This document shows positions 55,190 to 64,000 of a DNA stretch of 64,000 nucleotides, piece after piece. Origin of the DNA: Patescibacteria group bacterium (lineage in GTDB: Bacteria > Patescibacteriota > Patescibacteriia > SG8-24 > DYFX01); NCBI GenBank assembly GCA_041659045.1, contig JBAZZB010000001.1, positions 262,111 to 326,110 of the forward strand, read 5' to 3'. The position numbers and the translations under genes were made by a program. Numbering within the stretch: the stretch's first letter is position 1; every line of letters begins with the position of its first letter. The notes under the pieces are model-generated. The model ran no database searches. It was not told the DNA's origin and saw only the letters and a list, made by a program, of their open reading frames with translations.

Positions 55190-55942
55190 ATGCGCCAGAC
55201 GATTGCGGGAGTTCCCATTGATGCCGTCACGTTTCAAGAAGCCGCCGAGCGCGCGCTGGCTTTGTTAAACGATGGACGCCAACACATGATCGTCACGCCC
55301 AATCCTGAGATGGCTGTTTTGGCCGCGCGCGATCCGGGTTTCAAAAAAATTCTTCACGCCGCCTCATTGGCTTTGGCAGACGGTTACGGTCTCCGATTGG
55401 CCGCTTGGTGGGAAAGAAAAGAAATCCCCGAGACGATTACCGGCGTCGATTTCGGGCTTGCATTAGCTCAAATTGCGGAACAAAAAAATTGTTCAGTCTA
55501 TTTTTTGGGGGCAGGGGAGGGGATTGCGGAAAAAGCGGCTGCGAATATCCAACAGGTGTATCCCAAGCTTCGTTTTGCTGGAGCCACAGCTGAACGTATC
55601 CGTTGGATCGCCGGCAAGTGGGAGGAGGATGCCGACCTTGCGGCGCGTATTGCCGCAACGGAACCTGACATACTTTTTGTGGCTTTGGGACACGGCAAGC
55701 AAGAGCGTTGGATCAAAGATCATCTGCCACAGTTGCCCACCGTGAGAATCGCGATCGGCGTTGGCGGTGCTCTCGACTATTATTCCGGTCAAAAAAAACG
55801 AGCCCCTGGGTTTTTGCGGGCCCTGCATCTCGAATGGTTCTGGCGCCTTTTCACCGAACCGTGGCGCGCTTGGCGTATTTTTGAGGCGACATTTGTGTTC
55901 CTGGGTATGGTCTTGAAGAATCCGCGAAAAAGGGTACAATAA
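55190..55942 (+). CDS. WecB/TagA/CpsF-family (GT26) glycosyltransferase
   Basis: family-typical length and C-terminal EWFWRL / LHLEWFWR motif. Confidence 0.75.
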   Translation: MRQTIAGVPIDAVTFQEAAERALALLNDGRQHMIVTPNPEMAVLAARDPGFKKILHAASLALADGYGLRLAAWWERKEIPETITGVDFGLALAQIAEQKNCSVYFLGAGEGIAEKAAANIQQVYPKLRFAGATAERIRWIAGKWEEDADLAARIAATEPDILFVALGHGKQERWIKDHLPQLPTVRIAIGVGGALDYYSGQKKRAPGFLRALHLEWFWRLFTEPWRAWRIFEATFVFLGMVLKNPRKRVQ

Positions 55943-55949
55943 GGCGGCT

Positions 55950-57437
55950 ATGGATGTACGCGTACGCTTTGCCCCCAGCCCGACCGGAAGAATGCACGTC
56001 GGCAACTTCCGTTCCGCGCTCTACAACTACTTGTTCGCTCGCAAACACGGGGGCGTCTTTTTCGTGCGCATTGAAGATACCGATCGTGCACGTCTTGTTG
56101 AGAATGGTGTCGAAGGAATCCTTCGCACGCTTTCGAACATGGGGCTTACGTACGATGAAGGTCCGTTCTTGAACGAAGACGGCACGGTCGATCAGCGTGG
56201 TTCGAAAGGGCCGTACGTGCAGTCGGAGCGTCTTGAAATCTACCGTTCGCATTTGAATCAGCTTTTGGAACACGGCGAGGCTTACCCTTGTTTTTGCGCG
56301 CCTGAACGCTTGGAGGAACTTCGCGCGACCCAAGAAGCCGCAAAGCTTCCGACCGGCTACGATCGACACTGCCGCGATCTCGCGCGTGAAGAATCGCAAC
56401 GTCGCATCGAAGCAGGGGAGCGCGTCGTCTATCGCGCCAAGATGCCGGACGAAGGAGAAACGGAATTTGATGATGCGTCGCGCGGAAAGGTTTCATTTAA
56501 GAATGCGTTGCTCGACGATTACGTGCTGCTCAAGAGCGACGGCTTCCCAACGTATCACCTCGCCAACGTTATCGACGATCACTTGATGGAAACATCGCAC
56601 GTGATTCGTGGTGAAGAGTGGCTTTCGTCGACACCGAAGCACGTGTTGCTCTACAAAGCTTTTGGTTGGACGCCGCCGCAGTTTGCGCACATGCCGCTGC
56701 TTCTGAACCCCGACCGTTCGAAACTCTCGAAACGCCAGGGCGATGTTGCTGTTGAAGATTATCTCGACAGCGGGTATTTGCCGGAGGCTCTCATCAACTT
56801 CGTGGCGCTTCTCGGTTGGAATCCATCCGACGAAAAGGAAGTCTATACGCTTGATGAACTGACCAAAGCGTTTGAACTGAAAGACGTAAACTCGGCCGGG
56901 GCGGTGTTCAATCGCGAAAAGCTTGATTGGCTGAACGGAAAATATTTGCGCGCCATGCCGCTTGAACGTTTGGCAACGCTCGCTCGTCCGTTTTTCGAGC
57001 GCGCAGGTACTTCGACCGCTTCGTTTTCCGATGAGGAGCTCGGTCGCTTGTTGTCGCTTGAACGAGAGCGGGTGAAGACGTTGTCGGAGCTTCCTGAGGC
57101 CGTTTCCTTCCTCATGGTTGATGCTCCTGAGTATCCGACGGAGCGACTGTGCTGGAAGACGCAACCGGCTGCCGAAGCGCTTGAGCGTCTGACGGCTGTG
57201 CACGGACTGCTCGACGAGCTTGATACTGCAGATTTTACGCTTGAAAGCTTGGAAACGCGCCTGAAAGCGCTTATTTCGACGCACGGGTGGGGGAATGGGG
57301 ATACGCTCTGGCCACTGCGCGTCGCCCTCTCGGGTCGTGAAAAATCGCCTGGCCCCTTTGAGATCATGGTGGTATTAGGTAAAATGAAGGTGATCAGCCG
57401 CCTTACCGTGGCAATTGATCGCCTCAAGAATGTCTGA
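55950..57437 (+). CDS. gltX: glutamate--tRNA ligase
   Basis: class I HVGN (HIGH-type) and KLSKRQG (KMSKS-type) motifs. Confidence 0.9.
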   Translation: MDVRVRFAPSPTGRMHVGNFRSALYNYLFARKHGGVFFVRIEDTDRARLVENGVEGILRTLSNMGLTYDEGPFLNEDGTVDQRGSKGPYVQSERLEIYRSHLNQLLEHGEAYPCFCAPERLEELRATQEAAKLPTGYDRHCRDLAREESQRRIEAGERVVYRAKMPDEGETEFDDASRGKVSFKNALLDDYVLLKSDGFPTYHLANVIDDHLMETSHVIRGEEWLSSTPKHVLLYKAFGWTPPQFAHMPLLLNPDRSKLSKRQGDVAVEDYLDSGYLPEALINFVALLGWNPSDEKEVYTLDELTKAFELKDVNSAGAVFNREKLDWLNGKYLRAMPLERLATLARPFFERAGTSTASFSDEELGRLLSLERERVKTLSELPEAVSFLMVDAPEYPTERLCWKTQPAAEALERLTAVHGLLDELDTADFTLESLETRLKALISTHGWGNGDTLWPLRVALSGREKSPGPFEIMVVLGKMKVISRLTVAIDRLKNV

Positions 57438-58680
57438 ACATCCAACAAGGAGGAAGTTCTACGTCACGCCGGCTTTAGCCGCGTCTTTTGTCGTTTTTCT
57501 GGCATCCGCCGGCATGGCGATGGGAGCGGTTTCAACAAGCGACGAGTTCACCCAGGCGATCAATGAACTGAACGAAGAAATCGCTAAGAAAAAAGCAGAC
57601 GCCGCCGCGCTTAAAAATCAGATGGCGGCGTACCAAAGGGCAATTGAAGAGAAGCGTAAAGAAGCGGCAACGGTGCGTAGCGAGCTCGACATCGTTCAAA
57701 ACAAAATTGCTTCGACGGAACTCGAAATTGAATCGAACCGTCTACAGATCGACGCGACGAACCTCGAAATCAAACGTCTTGACTCAGAGATTCAAGACAA
57801 GACGCTGCAAATCATCCGCAAGCGTCAGATGATCGCCGAGTTCCTTCGCCAGCTCGATCGCACCGATCAGCGCACGGCGATCGATCTCCTGCTGACGGAA
57901 AAAACGATTTCAGACTTCTTCAACGACGTGCAGTTTCTTGAAGAATCACAGCGCCAACTCAAGCAGACGCTCGACACTGTCCAAGTACTGAAAATCGATC
58001 TTGAAGACCGTCAGTCGAATCAGACGGCCAAGAAGACGGAGCTTGAAGGTGTGCAGAAGGAGCTGACGGACGCCGTCGCAACACTCGACGAACAGAAGAG
58101 TGCCAAGACGGTGCTCGCAGAGCAACTGCAGACGTCGGAAACGCGCTATCGTTACGAATTGGCGCAGCTCCAGAAGCAGCAAGCAAACATTAACGCCGAT
58201 ATCGCGGCGACCGAAAAGAAACTTCGCAAAACGCTCGACGCTGAGAAGCTCCGTAAAGTAACGGGCGAATCGACGGGTTGGATGTGGCCGGTGCCGTCCA
58301 TGACGATCACGGCGTACTTCCATGATCCGGATTATCCCTTCCGCTACGTCTTCGAGCATCCAGCTGTCGACATCCGCGCGCCTCAAGGGACGCCTGTGCG
58401 CGCCAGCCGCGGCGGCTACGTCGGACGCGCCAAGAACGCCGGCATGGGCTACAGCTATGTGCAGTTGATCCATGAAAACGGACTCTCGACGGTCTATGGC
58501 CACGTCTCGAGAATCGCCGTGAAGGAAGACACGTACGTAGAGAAAGGCGATATTATCGCGTATTCCGGCGGCGCTCCGGGTACGCCCGGTGCGGGCCCGA
58601 TGACCACAGCGCCTCACCTGCACTTCGAAGTACGTCTCGACGGCATCCCGGTCAATCCACTCAACTACCTGCAGCAGTAA
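57430..58680 (+). CDS. M23-family peptidase with N-terminal coiled coil (EnvC-like)
   Basis: signal/TM, long coiled coil, C-terminal M23 motifs HPAVDI...HLHFEV; start ATG overlaps gltX stop. Confidence 0.8.
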   Translation: MSEHPTRRKFYVTPALAASFVVFLASAGMAMGAVSTSDEFTQAINELNEEIAKKKADAAALKNQMAAYQRAIEEKRKEAATVRSELDIVQNKIASTELEIESNRLQIDATNLEIKRLDSEIQDKTLQIIRKRQMIAEFLRQLDRTDQRTAIDLLLTEKTISDFFNDVQFLEESQRQLKQTLDTVQVLKIDLEDRQSNQTAKKTELEGVQKELTDAVATLDEQKSAKTVLAEQLQTSETRYRYELAQLQKQQANINADIAATEKKLRKTLDAEKLRKVTGESTGWMWPVPSMTITAYFHDPDYPFRYVFEHPAVDIRAPQGTPVRASRGGYVGRAKNAGMGYSYVQLIHENGLSTVYGHVSRIAVKEDTYVEKGDIIAYSGGAPGTPGAGPMTTAPHLHFEVRLDGIPVNPLNYLQQ

Positions 58681-58725
58681 CCCACGACAAACGTCGTGGG
58701 TTTTGCTATCGTCGGACAAGGAGGC

Positions 58726-59103
58726 TCCATGCCGTCTTCCAAGAGGCCCCTCGACACATGGTCCGATGAGGAACTGATTGCGCGCTTCGGAGAAAGCGCC
58801 AAAAAGATGCCTTGGCCGAAGCTCCTTGGCTACCTCCAGCGGCCCGGCTACAGCAAGCCGATGCGCGTCTACCTGATCTGGTGTTACCGCTGTCGCCTGT
58901 CGCCGAACAAGGGCTTCACCGTCACGCACGCGCACGGTCATGAGCGGCGTCTGCAGTGCGCCTACTGCAAGGAACGCTACGACCAGCTTCTGCCTGAGCG
59001 GAAAATAGGGGATTTGTTCCTCAACCCGCATCGGCATCTTCGCTTCACGATCTTCCTCTTTCTGTGCCTCGCGTTCATTCTGCGAATCGCCTCACGTTGC
59101 TGA
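58726..59103 (+). CDS. hypothetical protein with C-terminal TM segment
   Basis: AAGGAGG SD; Cys-rich CYRCRL...CAYC possible zinc site. Confidence 0.5.
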   Translation, partial: SMPSSKRPLDTWSDEELIARFGESAKKMPWPKLLGYLQRPGYSKPMRVYLIWCYRCRLSPNKGFTVTHAHGHERRLQCAYCKERYDQLLPERKIGDLFLNPHRHLRFTIFLFLCLAFILRIASRC

Positions 59104-59119
59104 GGCGTTTTTTTATGAA

Positions 59120-59148
59120 AGAAAAAACTCTCCGAGTGGAGAGTTAGC
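59120..59148. terminator. bidirectional intrinsic terminator
   Basis: TTTTTTATGAAAGAAAAaactctcc-gagt-ggagagtt. Confidence 0.7.
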
Positions 59149-59779
59149 GTGGAGACCAGAGTCTTGGTCCAAGGACCCGAAGCAGGTCGTCCGTCTTGAG
59201 CGTTTTGCGCTTCATCAATTCCAGTACGAGCCGGGCGAAAGCGTCTTGGTGCTTCCTGAGGCGGCCACGTGCTTCTTCCAGTGTGTCATTCATGAAGGCA
59301 CGGGCGCGCAGGGATGGCTGTGCTCGGTACATCGCAGCGACATCGAAGCGCAGGTTCACTCCACCGCGCAGGTGCTTGAGCTGCATTGATTCGTGGTGGG
59401 TGGCGAGCTTCTCGGCAAGCTCACGCGCTTCGACAAGGTCGTTGGTGAAGTGTCCACCGCGTACCTTGTTGTTGAGAAGCAGAGCTCCCGCCAAGCCGCC
59501 GAGTGCGCCGACCAGGCTGTCGTACAGCTGTGCAGACGTCTCCGTTTTTTCGAACGTGTAGAGCACCTGACCACCGAAAACGCCAACGCGTTCGATCGTC
59601 ACGCTCTCAACGCTACTGACGAAGGGGGAATACCAGACGACAATCGCGTGGCCCGCTTCATGGTGGGCCGAATCAAGGTCACTACTCTCGGGGCTGGAGC
59701 GGGGAGTCGTCCTCTGCCCCTGACCGAACTGGTTGATGAGGTCTAGCAAATCAAGGAACGGATCGTTCGCTGGCGTCAT
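59144..59779 (-). CDS. standalone FtsH-like peptidase M41 domain protein (no AAA module)
   Basis: HEAGHA zinc motif plus downstream TND (third ligand Asp position) and C-terminal helical region alignable with FtsH protease domain; only about 40 aa precede the protease domain. Confidence 0.65.
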   Translation of the reverse strand: MTPANDPFLDLLDLINQFGQGQRTTPRSSPESSDLDSAHHEAGHAIVVWYSPFVSSVESVTIERVGVFGGQVLYTFEKTETSAQLYDSLVGALGGLAGALLLNNKVRGGHFTNDLVEARELAEKLATHHESMQLKHLRGGVNLRFDVAAMYRAQPSLRARAFMNDTLEEARGRLRKHQDAFARLVLELMKRKTLKTDDLLRVLGPRLWSPR

Positions 59780-59934
59780 CTATGCCTCCGTGTTCGAAAC
59801 GTTTTCGAACAGCCGAAGTCTACGTGCCTTCTCATACCCGGTCAACCCATGGAGGGGAGCGGGTTTGGCACCCCAAGATTCCGCCTTAAGATGTGTCCGA
59901 CAATATATCTTATGCGACACAAGAGCCTAAACAA

Positions 59935-59976
59935 AGAAAGCCGGATTGCCCGATTTGGCCTTGATCCGGCTTTGTT
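59935..59976 (-). terminator. intrinsic terminator downstream of ftsQ (minus strand)
   Basis: aaagccggat-N17-atccggcttt hairpin; minus-strand 3' flank CTTTCTTTGTTT. Confidence 0.55.
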
Positions 59977-60123
59977 TGGATTCGGTCCCTCATCATGCTG
60001 CGGCGATCTTCTCCTCTGCCTCTGCCGCCCGGTTCCTGGTAGCTGGATGTTTGGACGCCAGGTCCGGTTCTCGTACGCGGCTCGATCAAGCTTGTGTCGT
60101 ACATTATACCGCTTGGACCTCTC

Positions 60124-61044
60124 CTAGGACTTTAGTTTGAAGAAGATCTTATCGCCGAAACGGACGTCGATGTAGTCGAGATTCATGCGGTCACCACCCA
60201 CCTTGTTCTTGAGAATCGCTTGGGCGTTCCCCAGCTGCTCTGGGACGTTTCCTGAGGCATCGAGGTAGATCGCCCACCCCTCAGAGGTCACAGCGCGAAG
60301 TGTTTGGGAGCTCATGCCGTCGATATGCGTCTCGGTGAGGTATGGGGCGCGGTTGAAGCGCGCGTCGAAGTGTTTGGGGAGATCAATGACCGTCTGTACG
60401 GTCTCAGGACGCACGGCTTGGTCTCGGAGCTCGAGCTTTTCGTTCTTGTCGTCGTAGAGGATCGGGTACTGCGCGCGCGTGCGTCCTTGCTGCTCGTCGA
60501 GCGACGGACCGAGCTTTGGCACTACGTCGAGTGCTTCCTCGGCCTTGTAGAGTCTCGTAACCGCGCCCTCAAGATCGACGAGACCTTGGCTACCGTCCGG
60601 GAGCTGCAAGAGTACGGCTGAGACGCGTTCTTTGAGATCGATGACGAGTGTGTGCGGCGGATGCTTCGTGACGCTCAGAGATTCAAGCACGAAACGTTCG
60701 TTCAGGACGGTTACGATGTCTTCTTCAGAGACGATGAGCAAGCTTGCCTTGGGCAGAAAGAGCCACCGGCGGCCCTTGAGGAGTTCTGTCACGGCGTCTT
60801 GGACTTCCCAGGACGGTACGCGATCGGATCCATTCACTTGGATGTCAGTAACGCGAAAGGTGGAGGAGAAGGCGATGAACCAGACCCAACCGCCCACGGC
60901 CACAAAACCGATCAGGAAGATCACGCGGCCACGCCAGCGTTTACGGTCTTCGCGTCCGCCACGCGACGGCTCAAAAAGAGGATTTGAAAATGATTTGCGC
61001 GAATAGTCGCGGCGCACGTTTCGCGCGCGGATCCATCGGCTCAT
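60124..61044 (-). CDS. ftsQ: cell division protein FtsQ/DivIB (POTRA domain)
   Basis: N-terminal TM, FRVTDIQVNGSDRV POTRA start; position downstream of ddl. Confidence 0.6.
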   Translation of the reverse strand: MSRWIRARNVRRDYSRKSFSNPLFEPSRGGREDRKRWRGRVIFLIGFVAVGGWVWFIAFSSTFRVTDIQVNGSDRVPSWEVQDAVTELLKGRRWLFLPKASLLIVSEEDIVTVLNERFVLESLSVTKHPPHTLVIDLKERVSAVLLQLPDGSQGLVDLEGAVTRLYKAEEALDVVPKLGPSLDEQQGRTRAQYPILYDDKNEKLELRDQAVRPETVQTVIDLPKHFDARFNRAPYLTETHIDGMSSQTLRAVTSEGWAIYLDASGNVPEQLGNAQAILKNKVGGDRMNLDYIDVRFGDKIFFKLKS

Positions 61045-62111
61045 ACGGAGGTCTTCAAGCGGCGACGTCTCGCGTGCCGTTCCAATGCCAAGCGTACCAG
61101 TCGGTCGATCAGTTTCGGATAAGAAAGACCGGAGGCAGCCCAGAGTTTCGGATACATGCTGATCTTCGTGAAGCCGGGAATCGTGTTGACTTCATTCACG
61201 ACAAACGTGCCGTTCTTCTTCATGAAAAAATCGACGCGTGCCATCCCTTCGAGGCCGAGTGTTTTGAAGGTGCGCACGGCCAAGGCTTGTGCCTTACGCA
61301 AAAGCGCCTTTGGCAGCTTGGCCGGGATCATGAGGCCGGCGCCGTTTTCGTCGAGGTATTTCGCCTCGTAGGAATAAAAATCGTGATGTGGAATGACCTC
61401 GCCGGCTACAGAGGCTTCGGGCATTTCGTTGCCCAGGACGGCGACTTCGATTTCGCGACCGATGACAGCTTCTTCGATCAGGATTTTGTCGTCGTACGAG
61501 AAGGCGTCGGCAATGGCGGCGCGAAGCTCCTTATCGTTTTTCGCTTTTGCGACGCCGACGGAGGATCCCTGATTGGCCGGCTTCACAAAGACAGGTTTTC
61601 CCAGTCGCTTCCAGATGGCCGAAAGTTTGATCGCGTCTCCCCTGCCGTACGTCAAAAAATCAGCGACGGGGATGCGTGCATCGCGCAGAAGTCGTTTGGC
61701 GACATCCTTGTCCATGCCGACGGCGGAGCCGAGAATGTCCGGACCGACGAACGGCAGATCGAGCATACGGAGCAAGCCCTGAATGCTTCCGTCTTCTCCG
61801 TAGGTGCCGTGCAAGACAGGAAAGACAACATCGATAGGACCAATCCCCTCGCGACCAGGACGGAGTGCGAGTTCTTTCGTCTTGGCAACGTTGATGGCGA
61901 TTTTCTTCGGATCGGACGCGTTCAAAAGATAGGACTCCCCTGCCGCGCCCAGCCAGCGGCCGTCTTTACCGATACCGATCAGTGAAACGTCGTACAGATT
62001 TTTATCGACAGCTTCAATAATGCTGCGCGCCGACAGCAAAGAAATTTCGTGCTCCGATGAGCGTCCGCCGAACAAGATACCAAGACGGATTTTTCGTTTC
62101 TGCTTCTTCAT
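61041..62111 (-). CDS. ddl: D-alanine--D-alanine ligase
   Basis: ATP-grasp Ddl motifs LGILFGGRSSEHEISLLSA, NTIPGFT. Confidence 0.9.
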   Translation of the reverse strand: MKKQKRKIRLGILFGGRSSEHEISLLSARSIIEAVDKNLYDVSLIGIGKDGRWLGAAGESYLLNASDPKKIAINVAKTKELALRPGREGIGPIDVVFPVLHGTYGEDGSIQGLLRMLDLPFVGPDILGSAVGMDKDVAKRLLRDARIPVADFLTYGRGDAIKLSAIWKRLGKPVFVKPANQGSSVGVAKAKNDKELRAAIADAFSYDDKILIEEAVIGREIEVAVLGNEMPEASVAGEVIPHHDFYSYEAKYLDENGAGLMIPAKLPKALLRKAQALAVRTFKTLGLEGMARVDFFMKKNGTFVVNEVNTIPGFTKISMYPKLWAASGLSYPKLIDRLVRLALERHARRRRLKTSV

Positions 62112-63250
62112 ACCAGGATACGAGGGAGGAGCGGATTAATACGCGTCACAACTTCGTAATTGATCGTGCCGAGTTTTGCCGCGAGATCATCGGCGGTGAT
62201 GGCTGCGCGACCATCTTCACCAAGCAAAAGAACCTCGTCTTCAGCGCGAACGTCAGGAATATCCGATACGTCGATCATGCACATGTTCATGCAGACGCGC
62301 CCAAGAATCTTGGCCTTGCGACCTCGCACCAACACTTCGCCGATAGAAGAAAGTCCGCGGTCGTAGCCGTCCCAATATCCGATGCCAAGAACCGCGACCT
62401 TGCCGTTCTTAGACATTTTTTCGGTGAGGCCGTAACTGACAGGTGTGCCGCGCTTTACGTCCTTGATCTGCGCGATCGTGGTCTTCCAAGCAAGCGCCGG
62501 GCGCAGTTCAATATCGAGACCTTTCGCTTGCGCGTCGAGCTGTGTTTCCAACGAGGGCCACAAGCCGTAGAGACCGATACCGACGCGCACAAGATTAAAA
62601 TGCGTGTCAGGAAAAAGAAGAGCCGCGGCTGTGCAAGCCGTGTGTTTCACGTCAGGACGGAAGCCGTGCGCTTCCAAAATATCGAGCGCGTTGCGGTAGG
62701 TTTCCAATTGCCCTGCAGCGTAGTCGTGATCGGTCGCGTCTTCGATGTTGGCGTAGTGCGTGGAGAGGCCTTCGAGCACCAGATTCTTGGCGCTCTTGAT
62801 TGTCTGGGCGATGTCCGGAAGTTCGCGAAGTTCCGCGCCTTGGCGCGTTGTGCCGGTTTCGGCCTTGAGATGCAGATAGCCGCGCTTGCCGGTTTTCGTA
62901 GCCGCGCTCTTGGCGGCGCGCACCTGTTCAAGCGTCGAGACGGTCATGCGAAGCCCGGCGCGCACGGCGTCTTGCATGCGCCAAGAAGGCGTGAAGCCTA
63001 AAATCAAAACAGGTTTCTTGATGCCGGCTTTGCGGAGCGCCAAACCCTCGTCGACGTTATCAACGCCGAACCAGTCGAGATGCGGTTGAACGGTTTTGGC
63101 GACCAGAGCGAGACCGTGGCCGTAGGCGTTCGATTTTACGACGGCCATGACAGCGACACTGGCACCCGCGCGACGCTTAAAAATCTTGGCGTTCGCAACC
63201 AAGGCGCTTTTGGAAATCTCCACCCAAGTTTTGGGGCCTCCTTTCCCCAT
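62108..63250 (-). CDS. alr: alanine racemase
   Basis: PLP-lysine motif AVVKSNAYGHG. Confidence 0.9.
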   Translation of the reverse strand: MGKGGPKTWVEISKSALVANAKIFKRRAGASVAVMAVVKSNAYGHGLALVAKTVQPHLDWFGVDNVDEGLALRKAGIKKPVLILGFTPSWRMQDAVRAGLRMTVSTLEQVRAAKSAATKTGKRGYLHLKAETGTTRQGAELRELPDIAQTIKSAKNLVLEGLSTHYANIEDATDHDYAAGQLETYRNALDILEAHGFRPDVKHTACTAAALLFPDTHFNLVRVGIGLYGLWPSLETQLDAQAKGLDIELRPALAWKTTIAQIKDVKRGTPVSYGLTEKMSKNGKVAVLGIGYWDGYDRGLSSIGEVLVRGRKAKILGRVCMNMCMIDVSDIPDVRAEDEVLLLGEDGRAAITADDLAAKLGTINYEVVTRINPLLPRILV

Positions 63251-63253
63251 AGG

Positions 63254-64000
63254 TTATTTTCCGATGTGCGTTTTACCGCCCATCCACGGGCTCAGAACTT
63301 TCGGGATACGGATCGTGCCATCGGCTTCCTGGAAGTTTTCCATGATGGCGATCAAGAGGCGCCCCATGGCGATGCAAGTGGCATCGTTCATATGCACGAA
63401 CTGCATCTCGCCCGAGTCGCGGCGCACGCGCGTGTTCAAGCGGCGCGCTTGGTAGTCGGTCATCAAATCGGACGTGTGCGTTTCGCGATACTTGTTCTGG
63501 CCCGGCATCCAAGACTCAATGTCGATTTGTCGTGAGTCGGGTCCGCCCATGTCGCCGGTGCAAACCTGTACGACCTGATACGGCACACCGAGAATTTTGA
63601 GGATGTGTTCCTGGACAGCAACGAAAAGACCCTGTTCCGCGCGCGACTGCTCGGGCAGCGAGAAAGATTCCATTTCGATTTTATCGAACTGGTGGAGACG
63701 CAGAATGCCTTTTGTGTCCTTGCCGTAGGAACCAGCCTCGCGGCGGAAGGCGGGCGTGTAGGCGACGTAGCGGCGCGGCAGCTCGGCTTCCTTAAACGTT
63801 TCGTCCATGTGAATAGGACCAAGCGTGTGCTCGGCGCTGCCGATCAGGAAGAGGTCGTCGGAAGGAATGTGATAGCGCTCATCGCGTGGTTCCAGACGCG
63901 CCATGCGTGCGAACACCTCCGGCTTGATCATGAGCGGCGGAATGACCGGCACGAACGGCGTGGACGGTACGGAAAGTCCGGCCTCTTTGATGACGACGGA
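63254..64000 (-). CDS. serS: serine--tRNA ligase, C-terminal catalytic part (5' end beyond window)
   Basis: class II motifs FRREAGSYGKDTKGILRLHQF, motif 3 region; ORF continues past 64000. Confidence 0.85.
   Translation of the reverse strand, partial: SVVIKEAGLSVPSTPFVPVIPPLMIKPEVFARMARLEPRDERYHIPSDDLFLIGSAEHTLGPIHMDETFKEAELPRRYVAYTPAFRREAGSYGKDTKGILRLHQFDKIEMESFSLPEQSRAEQGLFVAVQEHILKILGVPYQVVQVCTGDMGGPDSRQIDIESWMPGQNKYRETHTSDLMTDYQARRLNTRVRRDSGEMQFVHMNDATCIAMGRLLIAIMENFQEADGTIRIPKVLSPWMGGKTHIGK

Noticed and set aside
1-64000. CRISPR arrays, rRNA genes, canonical tRNA genes, IS elements and prophage genes
   Set aside because: No regularly spaced direct repeats were found. There are no GGTTCGAATCC-type T-loops in cloverleaf context other than the relic at 41016..41091. 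No transposase, integrase or phage structural motifs were seen in any frame.

Overview
This is a 64-kb chromosomal segment from a high-GC (roughly 60%) bacterium, with about 73 compactly packed protein genes. Many starts are translationally coupled (ATGA/GTGA overlaps) and most have strong GGAGG-type SD sites. No rRNA, canonical tRNA, CRISPR array, integrase or transposase was seen. The housekeeping core comprises rlmN (3' part), mnmA, alaS, the infA-rpmJ-rpsM-rpsK-rpsD-rpoA-rplQ operon plus rplM-rpsI, fmt-def, pgi, clpB (with a textbook CIRCE operator), gltX, ftsQ-ddl-alr and serS (partial). Two features point by inference to a reduced or unusual lineage, possibly Patescibacteria/CPR-like: AlaRS lacks the C-terminal C-Ala domain, and RpoA lacks the alpha-CTD. 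The accessory content is richer. (1) A secreted module of two paralogous Cys-rich lipoproteins and a metzincin lipoprotein shares conserved promoters. (2) An approximately 65-nt structured element occurs twice, each time just 3' of a minus-strand gene. (3) Four orphan small ORFs lie between rpsI and a SemiSWEET gene. (4) A translationally coupled wzx-GT1-GT2-GT2-wzy polysaccharide operon is present. (5) A secretome/envelope island encodes a repeat protein, HtrA, a GH-like protein, an SLT lytic transglycosylase, an S/T-rich Cys protein and a large G8 plus beta-helix protein, with a shared approximately 45-aa repeat module. (6) A hairpin-T-tract-extended -10 module recurs in front of apparently leaderless genes. 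(7) A low-GC (about 40-50%) horizontally acquired island carries Fic, a complete type I R-M system (hsdM-hsdS-hsdR) and an orphan 285-aa protein flanked by duplicated terminators. (8) A standalone FtsH-like M41 protease domain gene lacks an AAA module. All functional calls are from motif recognition by eye; no database searches were run.
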